A stretch of 64,000 nt of DNA from a virus (Duplodnaviria > Heunggongvirae > Uroviricota > Caudoviricetes). The translations under genes and the position numbers were made by a program. Under the pieces are notes generated by a model. The model did no database searches. It worked only from the letters and a program-made list of their open reading frames with translations, and had not been told where the DNA came from. Location: IMG/VR virus record IMGVR_UViG_3300031413_000001, one strand, 5' to 3'. Positions within the stretch are counted from its first letter, which is position 1. The number at the start of each line of letters is the position of its first letter. Positions 16,653 through 26,817 of this stretch are shown piece after piece.

Positions 16653-18659
16653 GTGGCAAACCTTTGGAAGTCTCCAGCAAGTGGAAAGCTCTTGAATGGT
16701 GGACAACCATGGCGACGTGGTGACCAGGTAGATCTTCTCCTCGAATTCAACAACAGTCCACAGAGGATTGACCTGATCGGCGGCGACCTGCCACCAGGTC
16801 TAAACTTCAATGGCGCTACTCGACGCATCTATGGAACCATCTTGGCTCTTCCCAAAGACCAGGACAGCTATCCCGTGGTCTTTCGTGCTGTCAGTGCTTC
16901 CGATCCAACCAAGACCTTTGATCGATCCTACAAGTGGATCGTGGACCCCAGGGATGAGGAACAGAGCTGGGCAATGCCCGCTGGTCTTCAGGACCTTGGT
17001 GCGGTAAACCGTGGCTCAAGTGTCAACATCCAGCTGGACATTATCAACCCCGATATGGACAACCTGACCTACAAGGCAATGGGTGTTCGTACTGGTATCC
17101 CAGGTACCCACGAGGGTCTTCCAAATGGTCTGGCAGTTGAGCAAGCGCAGCCTAATATTGTTCGCATCATTGGATCGCCAACGGTTACTGGCAACCAACC
17201 TGGTGCCTACTATTTTAAGGTGTACGCTCGCGATCCCGATGACGTGGCACGCAATCCCCATGGCGAGGGTGCGCCCCGTACCTCAGAGAAAACCTACAGG
17301 ATCACACTCAATTCAGAGATCGTCCTGGATGCCCGACTCAGTGATACGGTTAGGTGGGAGACTCCTGCGGGAAGCCTAGGATCCACTTATGAGACCTATC
17401 CTAGTCACTTTGCAGTCAAGGCAGTACCACAGTATCAGGTAAACGGAAGCAACAACCTGGAAGTGCAGATCATCCGCTACACCTTGACCGGCAGGAGCAA
17501 TCCACTTCCCGATGGTCTCCTCCTTGATCCTAACACTGGACTGATACTTGGACGTTGCCCCTACGTGGTAACCAATACTTCCTTTGAGTTCAAGGTTGAG
17601 GCCCGAGTGGTCTTTCAAAACCAGATCACTGGTGAGGTTCGCCAGAGCAGCGTGGCAAGCGAGCGCAGCTTTAGCGTGACCATTCGCAGCATCTTTGCCT
17701 CCGATAGCGTGACAACCTTGCAGGTAAATGTTCCCGGCGATGCACGGAGAAAGATCGTCCGGTGGATTTGGGGCAACACCGCAGAGCTCCGCGAACCATC
17801 GGCCAAGGCACCACATGAACTAACTTTGTTGGGACGTGACAACAACTTCCGACCCAGCGACCAATTGTTTGGTAAGAAAAAGGAATACAACATCCTGGTA
17901 GCCGCCGGCTTGAATTATGTTCAAGATGGTAGCTTTTTGGACAAACTCAAGGACTATCACCATCCAACCACTTGGAGGATTGGAAAGCTGGCCAGCAGTC
18001 GCGCCAGGAGTCCAGAGGGTGTCCACCTCTATGATGTACTCTACTTGACGGTTATTGATCCAATGTCGGGTGCCGGTGGATTTGATGCTGGAAACAAAGA
18101 GGTAACTCTATCTCGTTACCAGTCAGGGCAAAAGCAGACGGCAATTCCTGTGATGAACCTATCCAAGGAAGACAGCCATTACTTTCCCAATAGTATCCGT
18201 AACATGCGGTTGGACATGCAGAGCAATCGCAACCGACAGGACTGGACAGAACAGGCTCAGACTGCAGGAACGCGCGGCTATGGACTGGTTGGTCGAGAGG
18301 GTTTGCCACTCTGGATGATGAGTGAGCAGGAAGCTGGAAAGCCAGCAACCATTCCTGGATACCAAACTGTCATTGAGCTGGCGTATGTTAAGGCAGGATC
18401 GGGTCCTGCACTGGTAAGAGCCTTGGAGCAAGCAGGATTCAACGAGGACTTGCAGGGTACGACTATCTCGGTGGATAGATACCTTCTCCTAAGTGATGGC
18501 TTTACCTCGACCACTTTTGATTTCGATCCAGATACTGGTGCGCTGACAACCTTTGATGGTCCCGACAATGCGGAGAACCGTACCACTCAGCTGACTTCCT
18601 TTGATAAGGTACTCCAGTCTGAGAGTAAATACTACAAGTTTCCGCTAGGTGACAAATAG
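16653..18659 (+). CDS. Ig-repeat structural protein, putative baseplate component
   Basis: Three He_PIG-like repeats, 668 aa, late promoter. Confidence 0.75.
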   Translation: MANLWKSPASGKLLNGGQPWRRGDQVDLLLEFNNSPQRIDLIGGDLPPGLNFNGATRRIYGTILALPKDQDSYPVVFRAVSASDPTKTFDRSYKWIVDPRDEEQSWAMPAGLQDLGAVNRGSSVNIQLDIINPDMDNLTYKAMGVRTGIPGTHEGLPNGLAVEQAQPNIVRIIGSPTVTGNQPGAYYFKVYARDPDDVARNPHGEGAPRTSEKTYRITLNSEIVLDARLSDTVRWETPAGSLGSTYETYPSHFAVKAVPQYQVNGSNNLEVQIIRYTLTGRSNPLPDGLLLDPNTGLILGRCPYVVTNTSFEFKVEARVVFQNQITGEVRQSSVASERSFSVTIRSIFASDSVTTLQVNVPGDARRKIVRWIWGNTAELREPSAKAPHELTLLGRDNNFRPSDQLFGKKKEYNILVAAGLNYVQDGSFLDKLKDYHHPTTWRIGKLASSRARSPEGVHLYDVLYLTVIDPMSGAGGFDAGNKEVTLSRYQSGQKQTAIPVMNLSKEDSHYFPNSIRNMRLDMQSNRNRQDWTEQAQTAGTRGYGLVGREGLPLWMMSEQEAGKPATIPGYQTVIELAYVKAGSGPALVRALEQAGFNEDLQGTTISVDRYLLLSDGFTSTTFDFDPDTGALTTFDGPDNAENRTTQLTSFDKVLQSESKYYKFPLGDK

Positions 18660-18667
18660 GAGAACCG

Positions 18668-21088
18668 ATGAGTGACATTCTCACAAAGGTCAACCAGATT
18701 GGTCTCAACACTGATTTTCCGATTTCGGGTCAAAACAACTCTTCAGTTGGCTTCCGCCAGAACTCAAGGGCAGTCTTGGCCGGCTTTCAGCAAGCAAGTG
18801 ATGAGCTAACGAAGTTTCAGAATACTCGCTTCAGCTTTGTTGGTGACGCGGCAGGTAAGAGTGATCGCATTGGTAACGCGATGGTGTTCAACACCTCTGA
18901 TCCCAATCTTGAAGTAAACTTTACCCTAGCTAATGTATTGCCCGCCGGTGCGGTACTTTCCACCAAAGGCCAGGACTTTGACCTACAGATCGATGCCAAG
19001 GGTCGAGTCGTTCAGGTAACACCAACGACTCACACGATCTCTTGGGCGGTTGGCGGTGAGAACCAAGAGATTGGAACGGATGCTTCCTCGCTGGGTATTG
19101 GTACGGGAACGGTACACTTTCCCACATACCGCTTTAATGGTCTTGGACGCCTGATCGCAACTGGTACACGGTCGGTTAGCTATGGTCTAAACAGCCACAA
19201 GCTGGCAAGCGGTGCCCTGTTGATCGGTGACAGCACGAATAGTTCCAAGGAACTTGCTCCTCCTCCCTCCGGTGCAGCCTATGCTCTGGTGGCCAATGGT
19301 CCCACGGTTTCCTGGCAGCCTGTTGGTGCAGGAACAATCCAGGGTGTCATTGGTGGACTGGGTATCAAGGTAACTCCTGATCCTTCGGCGCCAGTGGTTC
19401 GGCTGGACATTGGAAACACTGAGGCAAAAGACAACATTCGTGACCAGGACTTGATTGTCTGGCACGACCTTCGGGACAACTTGCCAAAGAACACCACTGT
19501 GGCAAACCTCCGGGCACAACTGGCAAAGATTGAGAGCGATACTGCACCAATCCTAGGCGGTGACCTGGATACAAAGAACTATTCAATCCGGAGTTCAACT
19601 GGTAGCTTGGTCCTTAAGAGTGGATCCAGCAACCCAGCGAGCACCATTACGGTAGCGCAGACTGGTATCAGCATTCAGGGCACTGGTAGCACGCCAATTG
19701 TTCTACAAGGCGGTCCTGTGTCAGTTACCGGCACGTCGCTTCTGCTTCAGAGCAGTGGTGACATTGGCCTAACGGGCAAGGCACTAACTGTCCTGTCCAC
19801 GTCCACGAATCTGCAAAGCAGTGGCGCAGTGACGTTGGGTGGCGTTGGTGTAAACATCAACAGTATTGGTTCCCTGGCGCTGAGTGGTAAGAGCGTTGGT
19901 ATCACCAGCGAGGGCGCCCTGACACTAAAGGCAACCGCACTTGACTATCAGGGTGGATCAATTGGTCTAAGGGGCTCGGACATCACAGTCCGGGGCACGG
20001 GTCCAATGAACATCCAATCCGATGATACGGTTCAGATTGGTGGCTCAACACTTCGACTGAACAATACTCTGTGGCCAACCACACGCGGACAGCCCGGTCA
20101 GTTTATGATCATGGGCGTTCAGGGCTTGACTTGGTACACCGAGGAAGAGGTTGAAGCACAGACGCTGGCCCAGACAGTATTCGTTGCCCCTCATGGAACG
20201 GACGGTGATGGAAATGGTGCATTCACTAACCCATATCTGACCATCAACAAGGCACTGACAACTATCCCAACCAACACCAATGCCCACTGGACTATCGTTC
20301 TAATGGGCAACCTCTACAATGAGGATGTGGTTGTTCAAAACTTCCGCAGGATCTCTTTTGAGAGCTTCTTTGACTCCACCAATACTGTGGTAAAGGGTGA
20401 TCTGCAGATTGGTTCCAACGTTGATGAGTTCAATATGAGCAACATCACTTGGGATATCAGCGACCGCGCCAGTGATACCGGACCAGCGATGATCGTGTCC
20501 GGCGGATTGGTACGGGGAACGATCAAGAACTGCGGCTTCTTGAAGGCAAATCGCCAGCAGGTTGCCCTGGGATTGTATGGACCAACAACTGGTCGAGTAC
20601 AGTTCCTGGATTGCGACATTCGGGGCATCATAGTCAATGAGATGATCCTAAGCGATGATGGTGAGGTACTGATCACCAGTCTCCTGAGCAAGCTGGACAA
20701 CAATATCCCAATCGTTTCCGTTGACACCGATAGGATGCTGACCTTGAACGATGTTGGAAAGTACCTGAGAGTCAACGTATCGGTGCCCAATGAGGTAATG
20801 ATCCCTGACAGTGAGCAAGTGGAGTTTAACCTAGGCGCCACCATCAGGATTGCACAGACTGGTATCGGGCCAACGAGCATTACACCAACCGGCAATGTAA
20901 CTGTCAATACCCCCAATGGTTACGCATTGAGGCGACGTTACAGCAGGGCTGAACTTATCTATGTGGGAAACAACATCTGGGATCTCTCGGGAGACTTGGA
21001 TGAGAACATCATCATCGCACCAGTAACTCGCGTTGACAGTGATCAGATTTCCGCAGACGACGACACCATTACCGTTGACAACGGCTAA
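18668..21088 (+). CDS. Tail fibre/baseplate-associated protein
   Basis: G/S/T-rich beta repeats; FVAPHGTDGDGNGAFTNPYLTINKAL start of a beta-helix. Confidence 0.75.
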   Translation: MSDILTKVNQIGLNTDFPISGQNNSSVGFRQNSRAVLAGFQQASDELTKFQNTRFSFVGDAAGKSDRIGNAMVFNTSDPNLEVNFTLANVLPAGAVLSTKGQDFDLQIDAKGRVVQVTPTTHTISWAVGGENQEIGTDASSLGIGTGTVHFPTYRFNGLGRLIATGTRSVSYGLNSHKLASGALLIGDSTNSSKELAPPPSGAAYALVANGPTVSWQPVGAGTIQGVIGGLGIKVTPDPSAPVVRLDIGNTEAKDNIRDQDLIVWHDLRDNLPKNTTVANLRAQLAKIESDTAPILGGDLDTKNYSIRSSTGSLVLKSGSSNPASTITVAQTGISIQGTGSTPIVLQGGPVSVTGTSLLLQSSGDIGLTGKALTVLSTSTNLQSSGAVTLGGVGVNINSIGSLALSGKSVGITSEGALTLKATALDYQGGSIGLRGSDITVRGTGPMNIQSDDTVQIGGSTLRLNNTLWPTTRGQPGQFMIMGVQGLTWYTEEEVEAQTLAQTVFVAPHGTDGDGNGAFTNPYLTINKALTTIPTNTNAHWTIVLMGNLYNEDVVVQNFRRISFESFFDSTNTVVKGDLQIGSNVDEFNMSNITWDISDRASDTGPAMIVSGGLVRGTIKNCGFLKANRQQVALGLYGPTTGRVQFLDCDIRGIIVNEMILSDDGEVLITSLLSKLDNNIPIVSVDTDRMLTLNDVGKYLRVNVSVPNEVMIPDSEQVEFNLGATIRIAQTGIGPTSITPTGNVTVNTPNGYALRRRYSRAELIYVGNNIWDLSGDLDENIIIAPVTRVDSDQISADDDTITVDNG

Positions 21089-21099
21089 GGAGAAACAAC

Positions 21100-22260
21100 A
21101 TGGCAAAGCAGACTATCAATGTTGGAACCACGGCCAACGACGGCACTGGTGACAAGCTGAACTTGGCGTTCAGTAAAGCAAACGCCAACTTCACCGAACT
21201 TTACAGTGGCAAAGAACCTTCCATTTCCTTTGCCCAGCCTGCCCAATACTTTAAGGGTGACAAGACTTGGGGCAACCTGCTTGATGACGAGGACCTTCAG
21301 GACACCCTGGCGCTCAAGGTAAACAAGGGTGGCATCACCAGCAGCGGCTTGACAACCAACAGTGGTATTCTGTTGGGACGCAAGAGCGCCAACACGGGTG
21401 CCATTGAGAACTTGGATCCCCTGGAAGCCAAGACGCTATTGCTGCTCGACAACGTCAGCAACACCAGTGATGCCAACAAGCCAATCAGCACAGCAACCAA
21501 GACTGCACTTGATGCCAAGGAACCAACCGTAACCGGTGGTGGCGTTGGACAGTATTACCGTGGTGACAAGACCTTCCAGGACTTGAACAAGACGGCCGTT
21601 GGTCTGGCACTCGTTGATAACACCAGCGATCTCTCCAAGCCCATCAGCACCCTGGCACAAGCGGCACTGGATGGCAAGGAAGACAAGCTGGTTGCACCAA
21701 CGACTGCGCCAACAACCAAGTTCCTCAATGGAAGCAAGGCTTTCGTCGTAGTGGACAAGACAACGGTTGGTCTCTCCAACGTGGACAATACTGCGGATGC
21801 AGACAAGCCCGTGTTCACTAGCACGACCGCTGGTATCGTACCAAAGAGTGGTGGCGGTACAACCAAGTATCTGAGGGCAGATGGAACTTGGGCAGTGCCC
21901 GGCGGCAGTGGTTCCTCTAGTGTTCAGACCTACGCGGTAAAGTTCTACATGAATGCCGTACCAACCATGGCAGCTAATGCCCGCAGCCGCGCCGATGTGG
22001 TAACAGATGACTTCACGATCGTTGTTGGAAACAGCAAGGCCAAGGTCTTGGTTGCACCGGATGCAGACACCGTGTTCAACATCGCCAAGAACGGTACCAA
22101 TATTGGTACGATCACCTTCTTGGCCGGTGAGACAGTTGGAACTATTGCGGTGCCAACGAGCAGCGATCGAGCACTGGTTCTTGCGGACTACCTTGAGATC
22201 GTAAGCCCCGCGGTACAGGACAGCAAGCTGGATAAGCTGGTAGTCGTACTCCACAACTAA
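21100..22260 (+). CDS. Fibre protein with T4 gp9/gp10-like N-terminus
   Basis: KQTINVGTTANDGTGDKL..AFSKANANFTELY; three V[SD]NT[SA]DxxKP repeats. Confidence 0.8.
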   Translation: MAKQTINVGTTANDGTGDKLNLAFSKANANFTELYSGKEPSISFAQPAQYFKGDKTWGNLLDDEDLQDTLALKVNKGGITSSGLTTNSGILLGRKSANTGAIENLDPLEAKTLLLLDNVSNTSDANKPISTATKTALDAKEPTVTGGGVGQYYRGDKTFQDLNKTAVGLALVDNTSDLSKPISTLAQAALDGKEDKLVAPTTAPTTKFLNGSKAFVVVDKTTVGLSNVDNTADADKPVFTSTTAGIVPKSGGGTTKYLRADGTWAVPGGSGSSSVQTYAVKFYMNAVPTMAANARSRADVVTDDFTIVVGNSKAKVLVAPDADTVFNIAKNGTNIGTITFLAGETVGTIAVPTSSDRALVLADYLEIVSPAVQDSKLDKLVVVLHN

Positions 22261-22266
22261 GGAGGT

Positions 22267-22296
22267 AAGCCCGGAGAAGCAATCCTCCGGGCTTTA
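22267..22296 (+). terminator. Hairpin terminator
   Basis: AAGCCCGGAG...CTCCGGGCTTT. Confidence 0.65.
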
Positions 22297-22298
22297 CC

Positions 22299-22709
22299 AT
22301 GACTAATAAGTATCCTGTTAAAGAGGAGCCTGCTATGCGCGACACCAATCAACTTGAGTTGAACTTTAGTGGTGAGGATGCACCACTGTCCATGGCGGAA
22401 CAGGACAAAGAGGTACACCTCAGGTTGGAACGGTGTCAAGTATTGACCTATGTCAACTCAATCCAGCGCGGTCACAAAGCGTGGGCAGATCGCCACCCAC
22501 CCACTAGTCGTGCTATCAGGACTGCGCTCCAGTACTTCAGGGAGAACCCAGAAGCCTATGGAGCACACTATGTACCAGCTCTGGAAGACGTACTCAGGGA
22601 GAGCACCGCTGGACAGAGTGAGGAGATTCGCTTCTACATCGTCACTCACGACCTCTATGCTGAAGAGGTACGACACATGATAATCCCACAATACCAGAAG
22701 GTAACCTAA
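22299..22709 (+). CDS. Hypothetical protein
   Basis: ORF; SD GAGGAG before second ATG. Confidence 0.7.
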   Translation: MTNKYPVKEEPAMRDTNQLELNFSGEDAPLSMAEQDKEVHLRLERCQVLTYVNSIQRGHKAWADRHPPTSRAIRTALQYFRENPEAYGAHYVPALEDVLRESTAGQSEEIRFYIVTHDLYAEEVRHMIIPQYQKVT

Positions 22710-22710
22710 G

Positions 22711-23469
22711 ATGGCAATGAAGTTCACAGGAGCGTTCCGCCCCATTGGAAAGCTGATCAGCCGCGAGGCACCAAGCAAGGTAGTCATCGTACCTCCGCTT
22801 GCCTTTACCTCCACACCAACTATCACTGGCACCAGGATAGGTGATCCATTCAAGGTCAACTGGACTACCAATAGAGTACCCGACACGGTAACTTATGAGT
22901 GGCTGGTTGGTGGAGTAACGGCTAAGTTTGCCCTAAACAAAGACATCTATTACCCCAATGCCACCACCAACCTACAATGCAGAGTAACAGCAACCATTGG
23001 AACCGAGACAGTAAGAGCTATATCGGGTATTAAGAGTGTACTTGTTCAGAGCGGCACCGCTGTCTTCTCTGATGCATTCGAGGGTAATGGTGTGTGGGTG
23101 GTAAACTATGGTGCGGCCAACATTGTTACAAGCCCACTGGCCCTACAGGGATCCAGGATGCTAAGGCTGGATCCGGTAGCATCGGGTAATCCATCGGACA
23201 TAACAACTGGGTACTTCAACGCATTGCCGGGCAGTACCAGCTATAGGGTTAGGGTGTGGGCACGCGCGGAAAGCCAACCCACACAGTTACACCTGCTGGT
23301 CTATACTAACTCGGCCTATGCCGTGAACACCACAATAGATCTCACCACTGAGTGGAAACCTTATGATTTCAATTTTGTTACCGGCAATCAAATGTTTGTT
23401 AGGTTGATCTCTCAGAAGACGAACAGTCCAGCAATGTTTGTTGATCAGGTTTCCGTTAGCCAACTTTGA
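22711..23469 (+). CDS. Ig-like plus carbohydrate-binding (CBM4/9-like) virion protein
   Basis: YRVRVWAR...LTTEWKPYDFNF...FVDQVSV pattern. Confidence 0.65.
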   Translation: MAMKFTGAFRPIGKLISREAPSKVVIVPPLAFTSTPTITGTRIGDPFKVNWTTNRVPDTVTYEWLVGGVTAKFALNKDIYYPNATTNLQCRVTATIGTETVRAISGIKSVLVQSGTAVFSDAFEGNGVWVVNYGAANIVTSPLALQGSRMLRLDPVASGNPSDITTGYFNALPGSTSYRVRVWARAESQPTQLHLLVYTNSAYAVNTTIDLTTEWKPYDFNFVTGNQMFVRLISQKTNSPAMFVDQVSVSQL

Positions 23470-24810
23470 TAAACCAAACTGAGTAAATGAAAAGGGTTAA
23501 TGAAAGAATATGATTCTGAAAAACGTGAAGGGCCGAGGGTATAGAATCCCAGAAACTTCATAATCCTCAGATCGCCTTTATCACGCGTATCAAATTTTTG
23601 ACATTCCCTGTAAGGTTTTTTCAAGCAACCTATAGTGCCTCTATAGTGGAGTAATAGTTCTCCCATAGTGCCGCTATAGTGTTGACATGGTGCTTCCATT
23701 GTGGAGGGTCCTGATCCCAGGAGCCCGTGATTTTCCCAAAACTACCCGTGAAATCCGCCGAACAGCCCGTGATTTTGGGCGAGCATGCCTGCGGCTGGGC
23801 GAGCAGTGGAAGGAATTTGCCCGTGAGAGTGGCCCCAAAAGCTGGTCTAGAGTTGAGCAGAGTAGCGCAAAAATTTGAACAGATCGCCCGCAAAACGCCC
23901 GCAGAGTTGGTCTATAGTTGAGTAGAGTTCCCGTATAGTGGAACAAAAGTGCCCGCGAGAACGTGCCCAATAGTGCCTCTATAGTGGAGTAAAGCTGCTC
24001 ATAGAATGCTCACTACCTTAGAAAAACCTCCAACCATGCCCGCGCAAAATGCTAGGCGCGGAGCGCGACTTCAAAGTGGCACTGTACGCTTTTTCATATC
24101 TTTGATCCACCATCAGATAGCCACCCCCATATTACCAATCACAGTAGTGGAAACACCTATAGTAATGCTCTATAGAGAATCCATGAAGTTCCCTATAGCA
24201 TAGACTCTAGTGTAGACTATAGCTGTGACTCATATAGCCAAGACTATAGTAGAAGCCATAGTAGAAGGTACTATAGACAGAGTTCAGACACTATGGATCC
24301 ACTATACACGGACCCTGGACGTCAGGAGTTCACCTAGAGGACGCTCCCAGGAGCGTGGAAAAAGGTGTCAAATCACGTCAAATCTATATGTGCGGCGAAA
24401 GAATTATTATTGATTTAATACCTGTTAACTATGCCAAAACTTGCTCAAAAGTCGCAGATTTGCGTGGCTTTTGACACGCTATAGTGTTCAATAAATGCTC
24501 ATAAAAGCACGGTAATTCAGCTTTATTATGCCATAATAGCCTTTTACTGTGCCTTTCACGTATCGCGCATATCTGTCACCAGAGTTAGCCCAGAGTACAC
24601 CAGAGTGTGCCTCGCTATAGCTATCACTGGAGTTCCTCTATAGTGTGTTCTATAGTGGGAAACCAGAGTTTCCGCTATAGGGAGAGTTTTTCAAAGTCTC
24701 CACTAGGGACAAAATAGTTGAACCCGTGTGTTCTCCTCTATAGGGATAGAGTTGACTCCTCTATAGAGAGTCTCTATAGGGGTGGATATGACTGCCAGTG
24801 TCTCTATAGA
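23470..24810. repeat. Non-coding repeat-rich region, putative origin or genome-terminus/packaging site
   Basis: About 20 CTATAG palindromes, 23-bp direct repeat (23632, 23970), 4x CCCGTGA, AT-rich patch about 24400-24550. Confidence 0.7.
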
Positions 24811-25045
24811 GTATCATGAGGATAGTGAGGATCTGTGTTATCAGACCGTTACCAACCCCTCTAGTGGAAACTTGGTATCGGGTTTTGGTCCTGGGCCCTG
24901 TATGACTCGGTGGTTAGAGGAGCATGGTGGGCGTTATCGCTGCTCCACGGTGTTTGATGCTCAGTATAGTTTCTACCCTGAGGCTCTGGAGATCGAGTTT
25001 CAGGACTCTGCCTGTGCTCTTTTGTTCAAGTTGACTTGGGGTTAA
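24788..25045 (+). CDS. LFKLxW-family protein 1
   Basis: ends FQDSACALLFKLTWG. Confidence 0.85.
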   Translation: MTASVSIEYHEDSEDLCYQTVTNPSSGNLVSGFGPGPCMTRWLEEHGGRYRCSTVFDAQYSFYPEALEIEFQDSACALLFKLTWG

Positions 25046-25068
25046 CTCTTCCTCTATAGAGAGAAAAC

Positions 25069-25290
25069 ATGGAAGTCCGCATCCCTGTTCAGGCCTACAT
25101 GGTAATCGGCACCTATAGTAGTGAGTTGCTTCCCGACATAGAGGAATGGTTTATCAGAAACCGTTTTCACGAGGGTGTTCACTGGTGGTTTGACTTTGAT
25201 TTCAACAGAATTGGGGTGGATTCCCTTGTCTTTGAGAAGCGGAGGATTGCTCAGCTGTTTCACTTGACGTGGTGTACCTTTCCCCTATAG
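25069..25290 (+). CDS. LFKLxW-family protein 2
   Basis: FEKRRIAQLFHLTW. Confidence 0.85.
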   Translation: MEVRIPVQAYMVIGTYSSELLPDIEEWFIRNRFHEGVHWWFDFDFNRIGVDSLVFEKRRIAQLFHLTWCTFPL

Positions 25291-25299
25291 AGCGGAAAC

Positions 25300-25518
25300 A
25301 TGACTGAGTGGCACAACTTCCCTATAGGGATGGAACTTCACATTGCGGTTCAGAACTGGCTACTGGAGCATGTGGGTGCTCAATCGCTATCCAAGCTGGA
25401 CACCACTGGTGAGTGGTTTTGGCGAGTAAACGTTCGCCCTGAGGAACTGGATGACCGCCTGATAGTCAGCATCCGCGACCCCCAGAAGGCCATGCTGTAC
25501 AAGTTGACTTGGGGCTAA
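25300..25518 (+). CDS. LFKLxW-family protein 3
   Basis: IRDPQKAMLYKLTWG. Confidence 0.9.
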   Translation: MTEWHNFPIGMELHIAVQNWLLEHVGAQSLSKLDTTGEWFWRVNVRPEELDDRLIVSIRDPQKAMLYKLTWG

Positions 25519-25541
25519 CTCTTCCTCTATAGAGAGAAAAG

Positions 25542-25793
25542 ATGACCTATAGTGACACCTTCACAGCCAGCGTTCCTCTTGAGAAGGGGTTCTTCACACC
25601 TGCTCTAAAGGGGTGGTTTGTGGCCAATGGTGTGCCCATTGTTGAAGAGGGTTTTCCCGTCATTGGCGAGGGCCTGGGTTGGGACGCTTGGGTAAGTCAA
25701 CGCCCCGTAGAGGGATTGAATAGCGTTCGCTTTCGCTTCAAAGACAAGGGTATCGCCATGTTGTTCAAGCTCACGTGGCATGATTTCCAGTGA
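25542..25793 (+). CDS. LFKLxW-family protein 4
   Basis: FKDKGIAMLFKLTW. Confidence 0.9.
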   Translation: MTYSDTFTASVPLEKGFFTPALKGWFVANGVPIVEEGFPVIGEGLGWDAWVSQRPVEGLNSVRFRFKDKGIAMLFKLTWHDFQ

Positions 25794-26083
25794 GTGAGAT
25801 AGCGGTGTCCTCGGACTTCTTTGAGATCAGGTCCGATCCCCACTATTATGAACTGGACATGGGTTGTGGTATCCATCGTGGACGCCCCTATGTTCGATTG
25901 TGGGATGACCTCTGCACCATCTATGTTCTGCAGGATCCCATGCATCAGTGGTTGGCGGATCGAGATGTCTTCTATGGAATGGACATTGACATAATCAGCG
26001 GCGATTCCCACGTGGACATTCCTGATCAGCGTGCCGCTATGTTGTTCAAGCTGACTTGGTATGGGGTCATTGATGCGGCGTAG
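25790..26083 (+). CDS. LFKLxW-family protein 5
   Basis: IPDQRAAMLFKLTW. Confidence 0.9.
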   Translation: MSEIAVSSDFFEIRSDPHYYELDMGCGIHRGRPYVRLWDDLCTIYVLQDPMHQWLADRDVFYGMDIDIISGDSHVDIPDQRAAMLFKLTWYGVIDAA

Positions 26084-26312
26084 AAAGTTTAGATACCGTG
26101 TACTGATTCCCTTTGAGTCATACCATGGGGAGAGGAATGGCATCTGGGACTGGCTTGAGGCGACCGTTGGGCGGGTCCTAAGTGAGCAGAATCCCTATGG
26201 TCAGTGGACTGGTGGGTTCTCCAAGGACGAGGTCCTTGGAGTTGAATCCTATGAGTTCACCTTTGAAGATCGGAGAACTGCCATACTGTTCAAGCTACTT
26301 TGGGACCACTGA
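26073..26312 (+). CDS. LFKLxW-family protein 6
   Basis: FEDRRTAILFKLLW. Confidence 0.9.
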   Translation: MRRRKFRYRVLIPFESYHGERNGIWDWLEATVGRVLSEQNPYGQWTGGFSKDEVLGVESYEFTFEDRRTAILFKLLWDH

Positions 26313-26578
26313 TGCACAACGTTCACCTGATAGTCAAAGAAGACCACTACGATCCCTCGGGTCCTGGGGTTGTGTGGTGGAATCTGGCCAGCGACTACAA
26401 TGAGGGCTATCGTGCAACCGATGGCTTTTGGGAGTGGATCAACCAACAAGGCGTTGAGGTCGATGAGTGGGATATCATTCAGGACTACGACGATGGCAAT
26501 GATGTGGTGCCCGGCCAGGTGGTCTTCGCGTTCAAGGATCCCGTGATTGCCCTACTGTTCAAGCTAACTTGGGGATGA
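26312..26578 (+). CDS. LFKLxW-family protein 7
   Basis: FKDPVIALLFKLTWG. Confidence 0.9.
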   Translation: MHNVHLIVKEDHYDPSGPGVVWWNLASDYNEGYRATDGFWEWINQQGVEVDEWDIIQDYDDGNDVVPGQVVFAFKDPVIALLFKLTWG

Positions 26579-26796
26579 GCAGCAGCTATAAGGCTCATCA
26601 TGATCACCACGAGATTTGGATCATGAATGGTGTGAGCAAGATGACGCCAGAGATCCGTGCGTGGCTTGATGAGTTCGCGGGCAAAAAGTGGCTGGGCAGT
26701 ATGGGTGCTGGATCTATGAATGGCAATCGGGTAGGCATGATGCATAACTTTTCCTGCAAGGAAACTGCCATGCTCTTTAAATTGACGTGGGGATAA
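26575..26796 (+). CDS. LFKLxW-family protein 8
   Basis: FSCKETAMLFKLTWG. Confidence 0.9.
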   Translation: MSSSYKAHHDHHEIWIMNGVSKMTPEIRAWLDEFAGKKWLGSMGAGSMNGNRVGMMHNFSCKETAMLFKLTWG

Positions 26797-26817
26797 GTCC
26801 ACTCCTATAGTGAGTCT

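Larger units (their letters stand above)
25028..25544 (+). repeat. 44-bp direct repeat (25028-25071, 25501-25544)
   Basis: AAGTTGACTTGGGG[T/C]TAACTCTTCCTCTATAGAGAGAAAA[C/G]ATG, 2 mismatches. Confidence 0.9.

Noticed and set aside
23470-24810. CRISPR array or protein-coding genes
   Set aside because: Repeats are 6-23 bp and irregularly spaced. The short ORFs lack SD sequences and mostly translate the repeats.
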